Shown here: piece after piece, positions 1 to 8,695 of the stretch
How the letters are laid out: each line of letters begins with the position of its first letter
How positions within the stretch are numbered: the first letter of the stretch is position 1
Origin: Armatimonadota bacterium
GTDB taxonomy: Bacteria > Armatimonadota > UBA5829 > DTLH01
Direction: 5' to 3'
Length of the DNA stretch: 36,668 nt
Assembly: GCA_038207085.1 (NCBI GenBank)
Contig: JBBRAE010000028.1
Location: 1-36,668 of the forward strand
Position numbers and translations under genes: made by a program
The notes under the pieces: generated by a model
What the model was told of the DNA's origin: nothing
The model's input: only the letters and a program-made list of their open reading frames with translations
Databases searched by the model: none

Positions 1-138
1 ATTGTCATAGCCATAGGTCCAGCCGCCTGTGGGATCGGTGACGGACATCGGGTTCCCTGCATTGTCTCTTGTCGGGTAGCCTATCTCAGCTAGAGTCAGG
101 GTTCCCTTCTTGTGAGTGATCGAGGAAAGCCTGTACCT
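1..138 (-). pseudogene. RHS/YD-repeat protein fragment, interrupted at its 5' side by IS66; continues beyond the left window edge
   Basis: Manual translation of the minus strand 138->1 is open: RYRLSSITHKKGTLTLAEIGYPTRDNAGNPMSVTDPTGGWTYGYDN, with typical RHS-repeat wording (RLxSITH, DNAGN.xSVTD, YGYD). It abuts the IS66 end at 141. Confidence 0.75.
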
Positions 139-223
139 CGGTAAGCGTACAACCAGCCCCACCTATTCAGGTTTGATCTAATCCTCCATAATGGTTGCGG
201 ACCAACATTTGGAGGTGTAAGAG

Positions 224-535
224 ATGGAAAACGTGGAGTTACGCAAGCAGTGGGATGTTCGTATCGCGGATTATCGGTCGAGTGGTTTGACGGCGACTGT
301 GTGGTGCGAGCGAAATGGGGTCACATTACCGCAGCTTAAATACTGGACCCAGAAGAAACGTAAGGAAGCGAAGGATGTCGGAGGAGTCAAGTGGACCCGT
401 GTTGATGTTAAGCCGGTAAGTGCGGCACCGTCAAAGATCATGATCAGTGTGGGCGCGGCTCGGATCGAGGTGGAGTCCGGGTTCGATGCTGCGATGCTTG
501 CCCAAGTGCTGTGCGTGGTGACGACGTCATGTTGA
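224..535 (+). CDS. tnpA: IS66 family accessory protein TnpA (HTH)
   Basis: W..RI.DYRSSGLT...WCERNGV...QLKYW and C-terminal ISVGAARIEVESGFD, typical of IS66 OrfA; GGAGGT RBS upstream. Confidence 0.85.
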   Translation: MENVELRKQWDVRIADYRSSGLTATVWCERNGVTLPQLKYWTQKKRKEAKDVGGVKWTRVDVKPVSAAPSKIMISVGAARIEVESGFDAAMLAQVLCVVTTSC

Positions 536-831
536 GCCAGTCGGGCACTCCCCGTGTGTATCTGGCATCCGGCGCGACCGATATGCGCAAGTCAATCGAC
601 GGGCTCGCGGCGATGGTGAGTCTCCAGTTTGAGCTCGACCCGTTTTCAGACTCCTAGTTTGTCTTCTGCAACCGGGGTCGCGACAGGCTCAAGATTCTCT
701 ACTGGGACACCAACGGCTTCTGGCTCTATTATCGCAGACTGGAACGTGGTCGGTTCAAGTGGCCCGGTAAAGATCAGTCCGGCACGGTGGCAGTAACCCG
801 TCGCGAGCTTGGCTGGCTGCTCGATGGTCTA
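529..831 (+). pseudogene. tnpB: IS66 accessory protein TnpB (Orf2) with an in-frame TAG at 655-657, 3'-truncated
   Basis: Manual translation: MLSQSGTPRVYLASGATDMRKSIDGLAAMV...[42 protein letters not shown]...ELGWLLDGL. Confidence 0.9.
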
Positions 832-892
832 TTAAAGGGGGCAGACACCTTTTTGTTTGTCTACCAATAAAAGGTGTCTGTCGCCTTTAATA
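830..892. repeat. 24-bp imperfect inverted repeat (REP-like hairpin) at the IS66 breakpoint
   Basis: TATTAAAGGGGGCAGACACCTTTT (830-853) and AAAAGGTGTCTGTCGCCTTTAATA (869-892), 22/24 complementary. Confidence 0.8.
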
Positions 893-1181
893 CTCTGTTC
901 GCACAAACACCCCGAAATCCCCCCCAAGCACTTCTTGATTTCCCCTGTCGAATTGCCTATTATTAATATACAACCAAAACGAACTCATTTTACGCTCAGC
1001 CCAAGCGTGAAGAACGAACAGAGAGCCCATTCCCCCAGGCGTGAAAACGAACTAAGAACGAACCGGCCCGAAATCTACAGCCATTCATCCAACCAGCCGA
1101 TAATATACGATAACCCAGTAATATTAGCAGGGGCATTTCGGGGCAAGACCCCCCGTGGGTTCAAGCCAAAGGAGTTGTCTG

Positions 1182-3482
1182 ATGGGTAGGGATTCCAAGT
1201 CCAGGTTGGACAATGCGGAACGACGAATTTTAGAGAACAGCAACATAAGCGCCGTAGAAGGTGTGCGGTCGCTGGATTCGATAGAACAGATCACGGAACT
1301 CTTGGCCGACGGCGGTATGCTCGATCACCGTTACGCGGTGGTGCATTCACCCGAAGTTCAGGCTCCGCAGGTGGACGAGCGCATCCTCCGCGCCGAAGCC
1401 TGTCTGGCTGAAGATGAGCACCAGGACTCGCTGATGCTGTTCCTCGAAGCCCTCAGTGACGACCCCGACTCCGTCCGCGCTCTTGTCGGAGCCGCCAAGG
1501 TGTGCCTCGCAATGGGGAGCACCGACGACGCCTATTTCTTCTACACCGAGGCCAAGGCAAGGCCCGTCAACGACGAGATGCTTGAGGCCGATATGGCGAT
1601 GTTGAAGATTGAGATGCAGTCGCGACCGCGCAGCGCCGCCGACCCGGTTCCCCCGCCGGCGACGTTCCTCGCCGTTGATGATGAGATTTTCAAACAGCAT
1701 AACTGTGAGCTTTACAGAGTTCCAAGCGACCTGGGAGTCACCTCGGAGGGCAACGTCAAGTTCCTGGTGATCGGCTCGTGCCTTGCAATGGGCCTGCCAG
1801 GGTTCGCCACGCACAAGAACCGTGAGTGGGAAGCCGACTTCGTGCTGGTTAACAACTTCGGGGACCTACCCGACCTCAGCGACAAGATCGACCAGTACGC
1901 GTTCCAGCTCGTGCAGGTGCCGCTTCGCACCGTCATGCAGGACATAGCCTACTGCAGGCTCCCCCAGGATGACCTCGCCAAGCACGAAGAGTTTCTGGCG
2001 CTAGTGGAGAACTACACTTCCCGCTATCTCGAACACGTTCTGGCGCTAGGCAAGGAACGAAAGCTGCTGACCTATGTAATGGGCTTCATGCCTCCCCAGC
2101 AGAACCCTATGGGAAGGCTGCAGCCCCGGTACGATATCCGAAACATGACCCACTTCGTCGAGCGGATGAACATGTTCCTTGAGTCGGAGCTTGCCAAGTA
2201 TCCGAACACCCATCTCGTAGACACCGACAGCATCTCCGCGACGTTTGGTCGAAAGTATATACAGGACGATATGACATGGAGCGCAACCCACGGCGGTGTG
2301 CTCACCAACTCGGAGTACGAGCACGATCTGAACCGCATTGTGCCTCCCGCGCCGATGAGCCACCACTACGAACTTCGCAACCAGGAGTTCGGGCAGGCAG
2401 TGGTTCAAGAGGTGATGGCGATGTACCGCACCATAAAGCAGCAGGATACCGTCAAGCTCGTCTGCGTAGACCTCGACGACACCCTCTGGCGCGGAGTCGC
2501 TGTAGACGGCACACTCGACACGTTCGAGGGCTGGCCACTTGGGCTCATCGAGGCGCTGCACTGGCTAAAGAAGCGGGGGATACTCCTCGGGATAGTCAGC
2601 AAGAACTCTGAGGAGTTCATAGTAAGCAACTGGGAGCGCATCACCGGCGGATTGATCTCGCTCGACGACTTCGCGGTGCGCAAGATCAACTTCACCCCCA
2701 AAGCGCAGAACATCATCGAGATTCTCGAACTTGTGAACCTGCGAGCCGCGAACGTGGTGATGATCGACGACAACCCCGTCGAGCGCGAGGCGATCAAAGA
2801 GTCGATCCCCGGCATTCGAGTGCTCGGAAGCCACCCATATTACCTGAAGCGAGTGCTCTTGTGGTCCCCCGAGACCCAGCGCGCGGTCATCACCGACGAG
2901 TCAAAACGGAAGACCGAGATGGTCCACAGACAGATCAAGCGCGAGGAGACCCGCCGTACGCTTTCTCACGACGAGTTCTTGAAGTCGCTTGGCCTTGATG
3001 TGACTATCGGCGCGGTCACAGGCGGAGACTCAAGCGAGATAAACCGCGTCCTTGAGCTATTCAACAAGACGAACCAGTTCAACACCTGCGGCATCCGCTA
3101 CACGCTGGAAGAAGTCGATCGCCTGCTGCGCAAAAGGGTAAAGCTTTACGTCTTCCACGCCCGCGACCGCTTCACAAGTTACGGCCTAATCGGCGCTGCT
3201 TGGGTAAGAGACGCTTGTGTGGAGCATCTTGTGATGAGCTGTCGCGTGATCGGCCTCGGAGTCGAAGACGCCGCCCTCTCGCACATCGCCAAGGAGCAGA
3301 CTGGGCAGGGGAGCGACGCGCTTACCGGCGTTCTTATCGAAACAGACGCCAACCTGGCCTGCCGTCAGATTTTTGCCAAGAACGGCTTTGTTCAGGACGC
3401 GTCCGACCCGACCCACTGGGCTCGTTCTCTGGTGAACGAAATGTCGGCGCCCGAACACATCGCTTTAGCCGAGGCTGCGTGA
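1182..3482 (+). CDS. FkbH-like HAD-IIIC phosphatase/acyltransferase with N-terminal TPR-like and SGNH-like regions
   Basis: KLVCVDLDDTLWRGV (HAD motif I), VSKN, MIDDNPVERE, KTNQFN, DRF..YGLIG and MSCRVIG are FkbH hallmarks. AAGGAG RBS lies 7 nt before ATG 1182. Confidence 0.88.
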   Translation: MGRDSKSRLDNAERRILENSNISAVEGVRSLDSIEQITELLADGGMLDHRYAVVHSPEVQAPQVDERILRAEACLAEDEHQDSLMLFLEALSDDPDSVRALVGAAKVCLAMGSTDDAYFFYTEAKARPVNDEMLEADMAMLKIEMQSRPRSAADPVPPPATFLAVDDEIFKQHNCELYRVPSDLGVTSEGNVKFLVIGSCLAMGLPGFATHKNREWEADFVLVNNFGDLPDLSDKIDQYAFQLVQVPLRTVMQDIAYCRLPQDDLAKHEEFLALVENYTSRYLEHVLALGKERKLLTYVMGFMPPQQNPMGRLQPRYDIRNMTHFVERMNMFLESELAKYPNTHLVDTDSISATFGRKYIQDDMTWSATHGGVLTNSEYEHDLNRIVPPAPMSHHYELRNQEFGQAVVQEVMAMYRTIKQQDTVKLVCVDLDDTLWRGVAVDGTLDTFEGWPLGLIEALHWLKKRGILLGIVSKNSEEFIVSNWERITGGLISLDDFAVRKINFTPKAQNIIEILELVNLRAANVVMIDDNPVEREAIKESIPGIRVLGSHPYYLKRVLLWSPETQRAVITDESKRKTEMVHRQIKREETRRTLSHDEFLKSLGLDVTIGAVTGGDSSEINRVLELFNKTNQFNTCGIRYTLEEVDRLLRKRVKLYVFHARDRFTSYGLIGAAWVRDACVEHLVMSCRVIGLGVEDAALSHIAKEQTGQGSDALTGVLIETDANLACRQIFAKNGFVQDASDPTHWARSLVNEMSAPEHIALAEAA

Positions 3483-3503
3483 CTCTCAGCTCATAACTTT
3501 CGC

Positions 3504-3533
3504 TTGCCTACTCCCCGCCTCAACCTGTAGAAT
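3504..3533 (+). promoter_or_regulatory. Putative sigma-70 promoter of the GH36-like gene
   Basis: TTGCCT-N18-TAGAAT. Confidence 0.45.
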
Positions 3534-3566
3534 ATCAGCAGAAACAAGAGTGCGAAGGAGACTTTG

Positions 3567-5744
3567 ATGCCCGATCCTATATTTTTTGAGTCTGTAGCAA
3601 ACCCCACGCTTGCGGTGCCTCCGATTGCACACGCGGAGCACCATTGGGTGGAGGAGTCGCGGACGCTTTTTTATGAGTATAACGGCCGCCCGATTATCGA
3701 GATGATCGTTCCCGACGACTGCGGCGAGTTCGGTTTCCGCCACAGCTCAGACGGCGACGTCCAGAGCTGGCCGTATCTGCAGCAGCTCTATTTTATGCTC
3801 GACAAGCCCGCCAAGGTCACCGTGCACTTTCACCTTAGCCCGGAGGCGGTCAGCATGCGCCCGAACCGTGCAGGGAGCGAGCAGGCGATCGTCGGGCAGA
3901 GTGGTTTCCCCCTGATTTACGGTGTGAACGGACTCTACGACATCAAGCAGGACTTCTTGATGGACTGGCACGGGCGCGATTGGAAGTGGCTCGACACTGA
4001 GCTTACCCCAAACGAAAACGGCGATCTGATCGCTCACCTCGAAGTCGAACTCGGACCGAAGCCGTGGTTCATGAACCTGCGACCGCATTTCTACCGCACG
4101 CACCTCGGCTACACTTATCACGAGCCGTGGCGCTTCAGGCCGTATCCGAACCCCGTCACCGGTTGGTGCTCGTGGGAAGCGTATCGGCGCGACGTGAGCG
4201 AGGAAAATGTCACAGCGGCAGCCGAGTTTTTCAAGCCGCTCAAGCCCTACGGGATGGAGTTTATCCAGATCGACGACGGCTACGAGCTGACGCCGATCCC
4301 TGCCGACCCGACGCAGTCGATCGCTGTCTCATGGCTGAACACCAACGCCCAGTTCCCCGGCGGGCACGATGCGGTTATCAACAAGATCAAGGACGCGGGG
4401 CTTGTCCCCGGCATCTGGACAAGCTGCACGTTGAACAACGACGACTTCGCCAAGTATCAGCCCGAGTGCATCGTCCACGACAAGGACGGCAACCCTGTGC
4501 AGGGCGACTGGCTGGGTTTTGTCCTGAACTGCGAGCCCGCGACGCTTGAGAAGCACGTTCATCCCTACTACAGCGGTCTGCGCGACAAAGGGTATCTTTA
4601 TTTCAAGACCGATCAGATCCGCCATCTGCTCTACGACGGACTTCAGAAGTCGGCCAAGATGGGGATTCTCACAAACGAGGACGTCGAACTCCGTTTCAGA
4701 GCATGGATGGAAGCTGCCCGTAAAGCCGTAGGCGATGACGCCTTCTACCTTGCGAGCTGGGGTGTTCTCTCCCAGGTCGTAGGAGTGGCGGACGCCTGCC
4801 GCATCGGTATCGACGCAAACCCGACCTGGGCCGGCGTTCGGATGCAGCTGGTAGAGTCGGCGAGATGGTTCCACGCTCAGAGGATTCTCTTTATCAACGA
4901 CCCCGACCACGTCTGCGTGCGCGCCAAGTTCGAGTGGACCCGCACACTGCTCTCACTTGTCAGCCTTTCCGGCGGGCTATTCATGCTGAGCGATCCGCTG
5001 GATGTCTACGACGAGCCAAGGCTTGAGCTTGTGAAGAAGACCATCCCGCCGCTTGTCACGACGACAGCCGAAACAGGGGCGCTGGATCTAAGTTATCCGG
5101 CATATACTTGGACAAAGTTGCACGGCTTCGCCGTTCCAAGGGAGATTCCCGTGCAGGCAGAAGGCGTCGAGTTGGAAGACGCGATGAACATGGCCGGCAA
5201 CTACGCGACGATGAACGACGATCATCCCTTCACTAGCCTTTGGACGATCCACATCAACAAGCCGTGGGCCAACTGGAGCGTCGTTGGGCGCTTTGCAACT
5301 GTGCCGCTCAAGGCGTCAACCGTTGCTCTTGAGAACTTCGGAGTCGACCCGACCAAAGATTACCTTGCGTTCGACTTCTGGGCTGAGAAATTCCTTGGCA
5401 AGGTCACGGGCAGCATCGACTGCAGCGCGCTCGACCTTGGGCACTGCCAGGTGATATCACTTCGGCCCGTGCTCGAACGCCCGCAGTTTGTCGCTTCGAC
5501 CCGCCACATCAGTATGGATGCGATCAGCGTGAAGGGCGAGTCCTGGGACCAAAATGCGCTGGCGCTCGAGCTTTCGGGGGTCCCTGGGACGACTGAGACC
5601 TACTGGTTCCACGCGCCTGGTGGGAAGGCGCCTTCTTCGGTCACCGCTGAAGGCGCTTCGGTCTCGCACGTTGCTGACGGCGATCTCGTCGCAGTTTCGG
5701 TGAGTTTCCAGTCAGAAAACAGCAGACTCGTCGTTAACTGGTAA
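3567..5744 (+). CDS. Alpha-galactosidase-like glycoside hydrolase (GH36/GH27 clan D)
   Basis: GWCSWEAY, IQIDDGY, YFKTD (nucleophile region), CRIGID, INDPD, SLSGG..MLSD, and a C-terminal beta domain with FDFW. AAGGAG RBS upstream. Confidence 0.8.
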   Translation: MPDPIFFESVANPTLAVPPIAHAEHHWVEESRTLFYEYNGRPIIEMIVPDDCGEFGFRHSSDGDVQSWPYLQQLYFMLDKPAKVTVHFHLSPEAVSMRPNRAGSEQAIVGQSGFPLIYGVNGLYDIKQDFLMDWHGRDWKWLDTELTPNENGDLIAHLEVELGPKPWFMNLRPHFYRTHLGYTYHEPWRFRPYPNPVTGWCSWEAYRRDVSEENVTAAAEFFKPLKPYGMEFIQIDDGYELTPIPADPTQSIAVSWLNTNAQFPGGHDAVINKIKDAGLVPGIWTSCTLNNDDFAKYQPECIVHDKDGNPVQGDWLGFVLNCEPATLEKHVHPYYSGLRDKGYLYFKTDQIRHLLYDGLQKSAKMGILTNEDVELRFRAWMEAARKAVGDDAFYLASWGVLSQVVGVADACRIGIDANPTWAGVRMQLVESARWFHAQRILFINDPDHVCVRAKFEWTRTLLSLVSLSGGLFMLSDPLDVYDEPRLELVKKTIPPLVTTTAETGALDLSYPAYTWTKLHGFAVPREIPVQAEGVELEDAMNMAGNYATMNDDHPFTSLWTIHINKPWANWSVVGRFATVPLKASTVALENFGVDPTKDYLAFDFWAEKFLGKVTGSIDCSALDLGHCQVISLRPVLERPQFVASTRHISMDAISVKGESWDQNALALELSGVPGTTETYWFHAPGGKAPSSVTAEGASVSHVADGDLVAVSVSFQSENSRLVVNW

Positions 5745-5774
5745 GAAGCGGCGCACTGCGCCGTCAATAGATAG

Positions 5775-5802
5775 TGGGCCGAAGAACTGGTTCTTCGGCC
5801 CA
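5775..5802. repeat. 13-bp perfect intergenic inverted repeat (REP-like or mRNA hairpin)
   Basis: TGGGCCGAAGAAC-TG-GTTCTTCGGCCCA with no U tract. Confidence 0.6.
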
Positions 5803-5823
5803 ACCCTGAGTCAGGAGTGGGTC

Positions 5824-7230
5824 ATGTATAAGAAACAGTTATCGAACTTGATCATTGTTATACTGATGGTCGCAGTTACAGCCGCAGGAGCAATCGCTAT
5901 GACATGGCACGTCGCAAGGCCGTATCAGTGTGAAACTTATCTTCAGGGGAGCAACCCCTTCGTCTTTTTCTCAAGGCAGTCTGAGACGATGCTCTTTGAC
6001 AAGCAGAAGGAAGTCCTCATCATCTGTCAGCCCGTTGGTGTGCCGATCTCGCTTAAGTGGTCGGTATCGCGAAACTTCTTCAAGACGCCTATCATGACCG
6101 GCGCTGGTGAGCCTCAGGTGAACAACGGCTACCTGATTCGTATTCCGACAGCGAAGCTTAGGCCTGGGTTCTACGATGTAAACGTCGAACTGAACACCGG
6201 CGCGGACAAGACCGTTCACGGCGTTTCGGCGTTTGGCTGGAAGATAAACGAGATTCGTCCGACGGTGAGCCGTCCCGCCGACTTCGACGCGTTCTGGGGT
6301 GTCGTCATGAAAGAACTCGCGAGCACCCCGCTTGACGCCAAAGTCATCGGCCCTGTGCGCGTGATGGACGATGAGAAGATCGCCGCGTACAACGTCGCAT
6401 CATCTGACCTTCCTCCAGACTACGACCCGACCGGACACCGCGCTGAGAAGGTCGAAGTCTACAAGGTGAACTATGCCTCAGCCGATGGTTCTCGTTGCTA
6501 CGGGTGGCTCGCAAAGCCCGTGGGCAACGGCCCGTTCCCTGCGATGCTCGTTCTTCCCGGCGCGGCGGGTGGCCCTCGTCCGATCCCAGCCGAGCAGGCG
6601 CGGCACGGTTACGTAGCTCTTGCGATACAGGTGCATGGCCAGGACGTTGACCTTGAAAAGTATGACCAGCCCGATTTTATCCCCGGCAAAGGCCCGAAGG
6701 AAAACTACGATTATCGCATCTACACCAACGCGCTTCAGTCGGTGAGTTATCTGGCCTCGCGTGCTGACGTGGACAAGTCCAAAATCGTGGTCGTTGGCCA
6801 GAGCCAGGGTGGTAGGCTATCGACCGTCGTTTCCGGGCTCGACAAGCGGGTCGCCGCAGCCGTTCCCTGCCTCGCGCACAACGCCTACGGCGCGTATCAG
6901 GCTTGGGCGAGGGCGTGCAACTCGGCAAATCCGCCCCGTGACGGTATGGACCGGGACAACCCTCCGATGATGCCCGAGGTAACCGAAGCAAACCGCTGGT
7001 CCAGCTACTACGACACGATGAACTTCGCATTCGGCGTCACATGCCCCGTGTTTGCGTTTGCAGGGATGATCGACGCCGTCTCACCTGTCACGACGACCTA
7101 CTGCACCTACAGCCTGATGCCTTCGACCGACAAGCACGTCTTTCTCACGCCCGGCCTCTTCCACGAGTGGTCGCCCGAGTTCGATCGACGCGCGTGGCGC
7201 TGGCTTGATGGTAAGCTTGGTTTGAAGTAA
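5824..7230 (+). CDS. Secreted acetyl xylan esterase / cephalosporin-C deacetylase family protein (CE7)
   Basis: N-terminal signal or TM segment, RPADFDAFW, G.SQGG nucleophile elbow (GQSQGG), GMID.V.P and a C-terminal HE. Confidence 0.85.
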   Translation: MYKKQLSNLIIVILMVAVTAAGAIAMTWHVARPYQCETYLQGSNPFVFFSRQSETMLFDKQKEVLIICQPVGVPISLKWSVSRNFFKTPIMTGAGEPQVNNGYLIRIPTAKLRPGFYDVNVELNTGADKTVHGVSAFGWKINEIRPTVSRPADFDAFWGVVMKELASTPLDAKVIGPVRVMDDEKIAAYNVASSDLPPDYDPTGHRAEKVEVYKVNYASADGSRCYGWLAKPVGNGPFPAMLVLPGAAGGPRPIPAEQARHGYVALAIQVHGQDVDLEKYDQPDFIPGKGPKENYDYRIYTNALQSVSYLASRADVDKSKIVVVGQSQGGRLSTVVSGLDKRVAAAVPCLAHNAYGAYQAWARACNSANPPRDGMDRDNPPMMPEVTEANRWSSYYDTMNFAFGVTCPVFAFAGMIDAVSPVTTTYCTYSLMPSTDKHVFLTPGLFHEWSPEFDRRAWRWLDGKLGLK

Positions 7231-7243
7231 GCCGGATTGGTCT

Positions 7244-7371
7244 AATACCCCTCATTCCAGCCTTCTCCTCTCAGGCGACAGCGTTTTCACAGAAAATGCG
7301 ATAGCCCTCAATGGGAGAAGCAGCAAGAGTCCCCTCTCCCCTTGAGGGAGAGGGTTAGGGTGAGGGGTATT
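7244..7371. repeat. 128-bp nested-palindrome intergenic element (CCCTCACCC/GGGAGAGGG type)
   Basis: Terminal arms AATACCCCTCATTCCAGCCTTCTCC and GGAGAGGGTTAGGGTGAGGGGTATT, plus an internal CCCTCTCCC-CTTGA-GGGAGAGGG hairpin. Confidence 0.7.
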
Positions 7372-7386
7372 GCCACAAACCTCCCC

Positions 7387-7412
7387 GTTTGGCTCCCTAT
7401 CCCCATGGGTAA
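7387..7412 (+). promoter_or_regulatory. SigB/SigF-like general stress promoter
   Basis: GTTT-N16-GGGTAA about 40 nt upstream of a general-stress SDR. Confidence 0.55.
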
Positions 7413-7453
7413 TCGTCTGGTTGAACTCTTTTTACGCAAAGGAGAAACCGACG

Positions 7454-8314
7454 ATGTCCGAAGAAAAACAGACCCTTCCTCCACAGACCCAGGACACTCA
7501 ACCCGGCATGGAGCATGAGATGACCCCCAAGCCGGAGGCGGTCGACGTGCACTACAAAGGGAGCGCCAAGCTCCGGGACAAGGCGGCGATAATTACCGGC
7601 GGCGACAGCGGGATAGGTCGCGCCGTTGCCGTAGCCTTCGCAAAAGAGGAGGCCGACGTCCTGATCGTCTACCTAAACGAGCACAAAGACGCCGAAGAGA
7701 CTCGCCGATTGGTCGAGGAGCACGGCCGCACCTGCACGCTGATCCATGGGGATATCGGCGATGAGCAATTCTGCCGGCGGGTTGTCGACAAGGCTCTGGG
7801 CGAACTAAACAAGATCGATATTCTGGTCAACAACGCAGCCGAACAGCATCCCACAGAAGCTCTCGAAGACATCACCTCAGAGCAGCTCACGCGAACGTTT
7901 CGCACCAACATATATGCGATGTTCTACCTCACCAAAGCCGCTTTGCCGTATATGGGCAAGGGCTCGGTGATCATCAACACTACCTCCGTGACTGCTTACC
8001 GTGGCAGCCCACAGTTGCTCGATTACTCAAGCACCAAAGGCGCGATCGTCTCATTTACCCGCTCGCTTTCGCTTAATCTCGCGAGTCGAAAGATCAGGGT
8101 AAACGCGGTCGCTCCCGGGCCTATCTGGACCCCGCTTATTCCTGCGACTTTTGACCCAGAGAAGGTGAAGCAGTTCGGCGCTGACACACCAATGGGCAGG
8201 CCCGGGCAGCCCGAGGAGATCGCCCCAAGCTATGTATTTCTCGCAAGCGACGACTCGAGCTATATGTCGGGTCAGGTGCTGCATCCAAATGGTGGTGAGA
8301 TTATCAACGGATAG
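7454..8314 (+). CDS. Short-chain dehydrogenase/reductase, general stress protein 39 (YdaD/YhxC/YghA-like)
   Basis: PPQ.Q..QPG.E..M.P.P N-terminus, TGGDSGIG, NNAA, YSSTK, NAVAPGPIWTPLIP, LHPNGG. AAGGAG RBS before ATG 7454. Confidence 0.92.
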   Translation: MSEEKQTLPPQTQDTQPGMEHEMTPKPEAVDVHYKGSAKLRDKAAIITGGDSGIGRAVAVAFAKEEADVLIVYLNEHKDAEETRRLVEEHGRTCTLIHGDIGDEQFCRRVVDKALGELNKIDILVNNAAEQHPTEALEDITSEQLTRTFRTNIYAMFYLTKAALPYMGKGSVIINTTSVTAYRGSPQLLDYSSTKGAIVSFTRSLSLNLASRKIRVNAVAPGPIWTPLIPATFDPEKVKQFGADTPMGRPGQPEEIAPSYVFLASDDSSYMSGQVLHPNGGEIING

Positions 8315-8500
8315 GATATCTCCGGCAGTAAAGTTTCGGACTGTTGGAGCTGGACATACGACAAAAGTATGTTTAGAAGCTATGCTGGCAGGAAACCATT
8401 ATGGCGACTAACCCAGCGACTTGCGCGCCTCTAATCTCAGATCTTCTTCGATTGGGAGGCCGCGTTAGGAGCACGAAACACTCGCGCAAATGGAGCAGCT

Positions 8501-8683
8501 ATGAGCAAACTAGTGGGTCAATTGCCATGCATTACGCCATTCGGGATTCGGAAATCCCGCCTTAGCTTTGGGGTGGCGATTCGGAAATCGCCACCCAACA
8601 ATGGCTGATTTCATGCCAATTGACCCACTGGCACTTCTCACTGGGGGGCGGGTATCATCGGGTCGCATCTTGTCGATCACCTG
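8501..8683 (+). pseudogene. N-terminal remnant of an NAD-dependent epimerase/dehydratase interrupted by a MITE
   Basis: GGAG RBS and ATG at 8501. Removing the MITE plus one flank copy and restoring one G in the G-run gives MSKLALLTGG(A)GIIGSHLVDHL (GxxGxxG Rossmann motif). Confidence 0.7.
8514..8627. mobile_element. 114-bp MITE, copy 1
   Basis: TGGGTCAATTG...CAATTGACCCA terminal inverted repeats, flanks CTAG/CTGG, 110/114 identical to 31445-31558. Confidence 0.85.
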
Positions 8684-8695
8684 TCCCCCCAGGTA

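Larger units (their letters stand above)
141..831 (+). mobile_element. Truncated IS66-family element (left end, tnpA, defective tnpB; no tnpC or right end)
   Basis: Begins GTAAGCG at 141, the typical IS66 terminus, followed by overlapping TnpA- and TnpB-like frames. Similarity stops at about 831. Confidence 0.85.

Noticed and set aside
655..657. In-frame TAG in IS66 tnpB as possible recoding (pyrrolysine or readthrough)
   Set aside because: TAG ends several ordinary genes in this window, the element is otherwise truncated, and TTG/TGG to TAG is a simple nonsense change.
976..1063. Possible mini CRISPR array (repeats about 33-35 bp apart)
   Set aside because: The repeats are only 7-15 bp and irregularly spaced, and no cas genes are present.
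857..1189. 110-aa ORF upstream of the FkbH gene
   Set aside because: It starts inside a palindrome, has no RBS or recognisable motif, and is explained by the repeat-rich intergenic sequence.
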